Source: an uncultured virus (IMG/VR IMGVR_UViG_3300044641_006529) (Duplodnaviria > Heunggongvirae > Uroviricota > Caudoviricetes). Taken from it: DNA of 20,000 nt. The notes beneath the pieces were generated by a model. It saw only the letters and a list, made by a program, of their open reading frames with translations, had not been told where the DNA came from and did no database searches. The stretch's first letter is position 1. Every line of letters starts with the position of its first letter. Both the position numbers and the translations under genes were made by a program. Of the stretch, positions 15,779-20,000 are shown one piece after another. The DNA lies in IMG/VR virus record IMGVR_UViG_3300044641_006529; one strand, 5' to 3'.

Positions 15779-16089
15779 AACGAAGCAATGCCCTTACGCA
15801 CCTCTGTATCCAGCTTGTGACGCTCTTTGTAAGTTTCGCCACGCAAATCTTCACGTTCCTCTTGCAGTTTGCGTCTGCAACGGCTTATGTTTTCAAACTT
15901 AGGCAAATCACCATTGCTAATCATTCGTAGCAAGTCCACAGCGTTCATCTGACTAATCTGCTCCTTGCCAATGGTTTTATAATAAACCATAGCAACTAAG
16001 CTGTCGTCCGAATCTTTGGTTTTGGGATAAGAAATTAGTAATGCCTCAACAACGTCCTTAACGTTACGCATCTGATTAATTTTGCTCAT
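15775..16089 (-). CDS. Phage protein, possibly HTH DNA-binding; paralog of 19707-20000
   Basis: Start MSKINQ at 16089 preferred, since 16233 overlaps the upstream gene. YPKTKDSDDSLVA...LPKFENISRCRRKLQE...LRG. Confidence 0.7.
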   Translation of the reverse strand: MSKINQMRNVKDVVEALLISYPKTKDSDDSLVAMVYYKTIGKEQISQMNAVDLLRMISNGDLPKFENISRCRRKLQEEREDLRGETYKERHKLDTEVRKGIASL

Positions 16090-16147
16090 AGGTTTTATGC
16101 TGAAATTTATTTGTAAATATATTAAAATTAAATCAAAACGAAATGTT

Positions 16148-16420
16148 TTAGAAATAATCGTAACAAAAAATTGGAGGAAATTCCGTTTCCAGCCCAATGC
16201 ACTCAACATTATAATAAAAATAGTCAACGGCATCTTCCCTACTCATATCCTTATCCCTCACAAGCATTGTAACTATTTTCTCAATAGAATAAATAAGACG
16301 TTCACGCCTCATATCTATACCAATAACAGCATCGTCAAATTCCTCAATGCGAACCAGCTTCAAAAAGCCCTCATCAATTTCGCCTTTAAACCCTAATAAA
16401 ATCTTATCTATGATTCTCAT
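16148..16420 (-). CDS. Conserved phage hypothetical protein
   Basis: FDDAVIG...IYSIEKIV..L...MSREDAVDYFYYNVE......PIF is a widespread phage family pattern. Confidence 0.75.
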   Translation of the reverse strand: MRIIDKILLGFKGEIDEGFLKLVRIEEFDDAVIGIDMRRERLIYSIEKIVTMLVRDKDMSREDAVDYFYYNVECIGLETEFPPIFCYDYF

Positions 16421-16593
16421 AGGGGAGTAATCAAGTCGTCCATTTCAACAACATATTTAATCAAACCAGCGTCCTTTTTGGATAGTTGAATAAATAAGCT
16501 GATAGCATCAAAAATATCGGTGGCTGTAATAGTTTTTCCCGAAATAACAGCTTTATCCGAATTTACATAATAGCCAATGTGAAAACGTTTCAT
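16417..16593 (-). CDS. Hypothetical protein, 58 aa (not in the ORF track)
   Basis: MKRFHIGYYVNSDKAVISGKTITATDIFDAISLFIQLSKKDAGLIKYVVEMDDLITPL*; fills the gap with an ATGA overlap at 16417-16420. Confidence 0.7.
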   Translation of the reverse strand: MKRFHIGYYVNSDKAVISGKTITATDIFDAISLFIQLSKKDAGLIKYVVEMDDLITPL

Positions 16594-16595
16594 AG

Positions 16596-16877
16596 TTAAT
16601 TATACAAAATTGATATTAATACCATCGAATAAGCCTCTTGAAACGCATACTGGTCAATCAAATATCCACCATTGCGGTCAATGCCCAGCTTATTCTGAAT
16701 TGACAAAATACTAATTTCATTCATATACACCGTAGGTAGGTTGCGGAAAAAATGAAATTTAGTGTTTCTGCTAACTTGCTTTGCTGTAAGAGGCATAAAA
16801 CCATTCGGGTAGCCAACAGCAATTGATGAATCCTTATAACGTGAAACCCATTCACCATTCATTCTATTAGTTGTCAT
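16596..16877 (-). CDS. Hypothetical protein, 93 aa
   Basis: Co-directional, tightly packed ORF. Confidence 0.6.
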   Translation of the reverse strand: MTTNRMNGEWVSRYKDSSIAVGYPNGFMPLTAKQVSRNTKFHFFRNLPTVYMNEISILSIQNKLGIDRNGGYLIDQYAFQEAYSMVLISILYN

Positions 16878-16898
16878 AGTGTGTTCAAATTTAATTTA

Positions 16899-17108
16899 TT
16901 ATTTCAAATAAGTGTTAACATTGTGAATAAGGCTTTCGTAAATGTTTTTATGCTTTTCGTAGCGTTCGGGGCTTTGCTCCATATCAAGCGTAGCTGTATG
17001 GGTAATTGCAATAATCATTTCCAGCAGAATAAAGTTTTCGTGCGGAGTGTTTGTGTTTACAAGCGACAAAAGTGCGCTGGTTGGATTTTGTTGTGGTGAA
17101 TTGTTCAT
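16899..17108 (-). CDS. Hypothetical protein, 69 aa
   Basis: Co-directional ORF with an AACAC-type start context. Confidence 0.6.
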   Translation of the reverse strand: MNNSPQQNPTSALLSLVNTNTPHENFILLEMIIAITHTATLDMEQSPERYEKHKNIYESLIHNVNTYLK

Positions 17109-17138
17109 TGTGTTATAGATTAATTGTGTTATAGATTA
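17107..17138. repeat. Perfect 16-bp tandem duplication
   Basis: ATTGTGTTATAGATTA twice, at the start of the 16899-17108 gene. Confidence 0.9.
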
Positions 17139-17179
17139 AAAGTTATGCAGTTGGGTCGGATGCTGCGCCCCGTAATTAA

Positions 17180-17422
17180 TTAAAAAGTTAAAACAGCTTC
17201 AATTACGGTGTCATTGTTTACAATCTTTGCCGATAGCCAGTTGTTGTCCTTTGATAGTTCAAACTCAAAACCATAAAATTCGCAGTTTTTACGTGTTTCG
17301 CCAGTCAATTCTCCTTGCAGCTTAATATTGCTTTTGGCGAAGAAATTAACGCAGTAAAACATATTTACGTCAATTCCAAGTTCAGTCAATGCTGCCATTT
17401 GATTTGTGATGTGTGTGTTCAT
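17180..17422 (-). CDS. Hypothetical protein, 80 aa
   Basis: Co-directional ORF starting CTATGAACAC. Confidence 0.65.
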   Translation of the reverse strand: MNTHITNQMAALTELGIDVNMFYCVNFFAKSNIKLQGELTGETRKNCEFYGFEFELSKDNNWLSAKIVNNDTVIEAVLTF

Positions 17423-17432
17423 AGTTTAGTTA

Positions 17433-17645
17433 TTATGGTTGAAGTTTAAAAGTACGTGAGAACCCAGTTGTGCTAAAGCTGGTCAAAAGTGTTTTAGGTT
17501 GCTTAAATAAGCGTTTCGCTTCGTTTTTGGACACAAATACTTGGATGCGTGGCGAAGTGATGTCTGAGCGCAGATAAATAGATAACAAATAGCGGTCAAC
17601 AAGTACACGGCTATTAAAAACGGTTAATACAATGCTGGTTTCCAT
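17433..17645 (-). CDS. Hypothetical protein, 70 aa
   Basis: TAATG overlap with the upstream stop. Confidence 0.55.
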   Translation of the reverse strand: METSIVLTVFNSRVLVDRYLLSIYLRSDITSPRIQVFVSKNEAKRLFKQPKTLLTSFSTTGFSRTFKLQP

Positions 17646-18445
17646 TATGCTGTTTTGATGTGGTTTAATTTAACTCTGTTGATGTAGGTTAGGTTTTTGC
17701 CCACGCTTACAACGTGCTTGGAAATAGTGCCGCTTAACGCTACAATATCATTCGGATTAATATTAAAACCTTTGTCGTAAATGTAGATTAAATCGCCATT
17801 ATAGAGCGACAAATGAATGGTGGTATATTCCTCGTTTTTGCGAACGCTCAAAACCTTTGCCTCGCTGGTTAGTTTGTCGCCAATTTGACCAACGTGCTTT
17901 GAAGTACACGTTTTAAGGTTTTCTTCGGTGCGTTCGTTGTAAAAAACGGTTGCTAACTCTTTTGCCGCTTGAAGTAGCTTGTAGTCCTTGTCACGCTTCG
18001 GGTTGAAGTTGTTAGCAAACCACACTACGTATGCCCTATCTTCCTCCCAAATTTCGCCCATATTTTTGCCAATGTGCTTACCAAATGACATTACTGGCTG
18101 TGGCTCACGTAAACGGTTTCTAAACGAACAAACCTTTGCATCGTTGTTATTTTCGGTTGCTACGATAACTGGTATAGGTTGACGGTTTAAAAACTCCAAC
18201 GCTGAATCCAGCTTTACAAAATCGCTGGTAACGTTCTTAATGTACGTGTAAGGGTTAACATAACGTGATTGTGATTGCTTGAATCGGTATAGGGTAAAAT
18301 ACACTTGATGCTCACCAGTAGTATCAATAATGTAATAGCCCATATTGTAGCTTTTGCCCTCATTGGCTTTATCGACCGAATCGTAGATTTTTTGAATTGC
18401 CGCTTCGTCATATTGACGCTGTGTGCGAATTGGTGCTGTGTTCAT
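17645..18445 (-). CDS. Protein with an FGK(H/Y)xG..Y..W module (ExoX C-terminal/DUF3820-like) and a C-terminal OB-fold-like domain
   Basis: MSFGKHIGKNMGEIWEEDRAYVVWF; SKHVGQIGDKL..KVLSV...GTISKH...TYINRVK. Confidence 0.55.
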   Translation of the reverse strand: MNTAPIRTQRQYDEAAIQKIYDSVDKANEGKSYNMGYYIIDTTGEHQVYFTLYRFKQSQSRYVNPYTYIKNVTSDFVKLDSALEFLNRQPIPVIVATENNNDAKVCSFRNRLREPQPVMSFGKHIGKNMGEIWEEDRAYVVWFANNFNPKRDKDYKLLQAAKELATVFYNERTEENLKTCTSKHVGQIGDKLTSEAKVLSVRKNEEYTTIHLSLYNGDLIYIYDKGFNINPNDIVALSGTISKHVVSVGKNLTYINRVKLNHIKTA

Positions 18446-18475
18446 AAGGATTATAGTGTTAAGTTAGTTTAAATG

Positions 18476-18500
18476 AAAATGGGGGCTTGTATGCCCCCTT
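18476..18500 (-). terminator. Rho-independent terminator-like hairpin
   Basis: GGGGGC-TTGTAT-GCCCCC with a short A run, just after the stop at 18510. Confidence 0.6.
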
Positions 18501-18509
18501 ACGATAGGT

Positions 18510-19292
18510 TTATGATTCGTAGTTGATATATGCTGCTTTTCCACGCTCACAATCCATCTTTTTAAGCGTTAGGTTGTATTTTTCCAACACAGTCGCAACA
18601 TCATACAGCCCAGTAGAAATATAGCGTACACACGGCATCTGTCCAAACTCATACTTTGTAGTGCCGCCACCAGTTGAATTGCCAAAAAAATTGTTATTGT
18701 AATGGTCAACCATTAAGAAGCTATCCACACGCAAGTAGATACCGTTTTGATGCGCCTCCAAATAAACAATTGGGTTTTCCTCGCTCTGATAACTACGATA
18801 GCCACCAGCGGTTTGATAGCAATCATTATCTCTTGTATGGAAAACCTCTACCCCACGACAAACCGCAAATACTTTAGGTTCATCGTGCTGACACGTAACA
18901 GATTTGTAAGTGTGCTTTGGTGTGCAGATAGGTAAACGTTCCGCATCCGAATATATGCCGTAGTAAGAGGGGCTGACAAAGAAACTATACAAGCGCACCT
19001 TATCGCAATATTCAGTAGCGTAAACCAACATATTCTTCAAATCAAAATGACCAGTTTCTTTTGCCCCAGTCCAATGTGGTTTGATAGCCGATTCATCGGT
19101 TTCGCAATACAGCGCAAAATATTTACTGATTATTAACCCAACAAGAGTAGTAGGGTTTAAATCCAACGAATATTGTAGGCTATTATGCGCCTCTTTGAAG
19201 AAAGGTAACATTTTAGTATAGTTCGGTGCATAAAACACACGACCAAGCACTTTTGAGGCTACCAGTTGTTCTGTTTCTAATTGAGTGTTCAT
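18510..19292 (-). CDS. Hypothetical protein, 260 aa
   Basis: Long ORF with its own promoter and terminator; Tyr/Cys-rich, no recognised motif. Confidence 0.75.
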   Translation of the reverse strand: MNTQLETEQLVASKVLGRVFYAPNYTKMLPFFKEAHNSLQYSLDLNPTTLVGLIISKYFALYCETDESAIKPHWTGAKETGHFDLKNMLVYATEYCDKVRLYSFFVSPSYYGIYSDAERLPICTPKHTYKSVTCQHDEPKVFAVCRGVEVFHTRDNDCYQTAGGYRSYQSEENPIVYLEAHQNGIYLRVDSFLMVDHYNNNFFGNSTGGGTTKYEFGQMPCVRYISTGLYDVATVLEKYNLTLKKMDCERGKAAYINYES

Positions 19293-19315
19293 AGTGTTAA
19301 GTGTTAAAGTTTCAG

Positions 19316-19323
19316 CAAAGCTA
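19316..19323 (-). promoter_or_regulatory. Bacteroidota -7 element (TAGCTTTG)
   Basis: 23 nt upstream of the ATG at 19292. Confidence 0.6.
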
Positions 19324-19386
19324 CAAAAATAATTTTAATAAAAACAAAATAAAATTGTAGAAAAATACAATGGACTGAATAGCAAT

Positions 19387-19412
19387 AAAAAAGGGGCTTT
19401 TTACACCCCCTT
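19387..19412 (-). terminator. Rho-independent terminator
   Basis: Minus strand AAGGGGGTGTAAAAAGCCCCTTTTTT directly after the stop at 19416. Confidence 0.7.
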
Positions 19413-19415
19413 AAA

Positions 19416-19613
19416 TTAAACTTTCTTAATTACCTCTCCGTGCTTTAACAGAAAGGTTTTACGTATCCCGTTACACGATATATAAACATAATCATTGGTT
19501 ATTCGATAAACCTTAGATTTACTTCGATGTTTTCGCCCACCAATTAAAACTTGAAATTCGATAGTATCTCCTACCGAATAAGTGTTTCCAAAATAATCTG
19601 TTGCTGTGTTCAT
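19416..19613 (-). CDS. Small basic protein, possibly SH3/KOW-like barrel
   Basis: DYFGNTYSVGDTIEF...KVYRIT..YVYI pattern. Confidence 0.6.
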   Translation of the reverse strand: MNTATDYFGNTYSVGDTIEFQVLIGGRKHRSKSKVYRITNDYVYISCNGIRKTFLLKHGEVIKKV

Positions 19614-19637
19614 AGCTTAAAGTTTTAAATGCTGGTA

Positions 19638-19645
19638 CAAATGTA
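19638..19645 (-). promoter_or_regulatory. Bacteroidota -7 element (TACATTTG)
   Basis: 24 nt upstream of the ATG at 19613. Confidence 0.6.
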
Positions 19646-19706
19646 CTACCATAAACGACAAAACCAAATATATTTATAATATACTTGTAGTCAACAACTT
19701 ATAAAG

Positions 19707-20000
19707 TTAAAGGTTATGTATCTCTTTTGAAATGTTCGCTGCCCTTGTCTGACGTTCAGCGTATGTTTTGCCCCTTACTTCGGGATGCTGCTCTTGTATT
19801 TTAGCCCTTGTTCTACGTATGGTTTCAAAAGACGGCAATTCACCCGCAGCCATCATTTTTAACAAGTCCTTTCCAGTTATTTCGTCCAGCCTTTCTTTAC
19901 CGATTACAAAAGCCCAAACGTTAGCAACCAGCTTTAAATCGCTGTCACGCAAAGTAGGGTATTTTAACAGCCAATTGTAAACTTCCTCTTTGATGTTTTT
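19707..20000 (-). CDS. 5'-truncated phage protein, paralog of 15775-16089
   Basis: Frame is open to the window edge: KNIKEEVYNWLLKYPTLRDSDLKLVA...LPSFETIRRTRAKIQE...VRG. Confidence 0.75.
   Translation of the reverse strand, partial: KNIKEEVYNWLLKYPTLRDSDLKLVANVWAFVIGKERLDEITGKDLLKMMAAGELPSFETIRRTRAKIQEQHPEVRGKTYAERQTRAANISKEIHNL

Noticed and set aside
16090..16233. Long N-terminal extension of the ORF listed as 15775-16233
   Set aside because: Overlaps the better-supported 16148-16420 gene; alignment with the paralog supports a start at 16089.
14626..16327. GTTATTGGT (14626) and ACCAATAAC (16319) inverted 9-mer, suggesting a cassette around the Mom operon
   Set aside because: The right copy encodes the conserved AVIG motif inside a gene and is not followed by a hairpin; likely chance.
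1..20000. CRISPR array, tRNA/rRNA, IS transposase, integrase, DGR repeats, stop-codon reassignment
   Set aside because: None recognised by eye: no regularly spaced repeats, cloverleaf, recombinase or reverse-transcriptase motifs, and genes tile densely under the standard code with all three stops in use.

Overview
AT-rich, gene-dense segment of a bacteriophage (or prophage) that most likely infects Bacteroidota. Host evidence: TAnnTTTG -7 promoter boxes 20-40 nt before starts, no Shine-Dalgarno motifs, a SusC-type N-terminal domain, and protein families typical of Bacteroidota phages. The left arm (+ strand, 1-7871) is a virion/entry module: two large Gly/Ser/Thr/Asn-rich spike/adhesin proteins, small single-TM proteins, an LEA_2/WHy protein, two cell-wall enzymes (lysozyme-like and L,D-transpeptidase-like) and a CarboxypepD_reg-like membrane protein. 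This layout suggests a tailless, internal-membrane virus, but no capsid gene is in the window. The right arm (- strand, 7902-20000) carries a lysis-like cluster (holin-like, spanin-like) with an embedded PAS-HisKA protein lacking the ATPase domain, an inverted FkbM methyltransferase, DNA-modification genes (N6-adenine MTase, Mom-like) and many small early genes. Best leads: (1) poly-A tracts just before the C-terminal membrane anchors of both cell-wall enzymes, one in frame and one out of frame, which could switch each enzyme between soluble and anchored forms; (2) integron attC-like cassette boundaries around phage genes; (3) the kinase-less PAS-DHp protein inside the lysis cluster; (4) a SusC-NTE/TonB-box-like membrane protein; (5) C-terminal beta-clamp-like motifs on three neighbouring proteins. 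All family calls are by eye from motifs; no database search was run.
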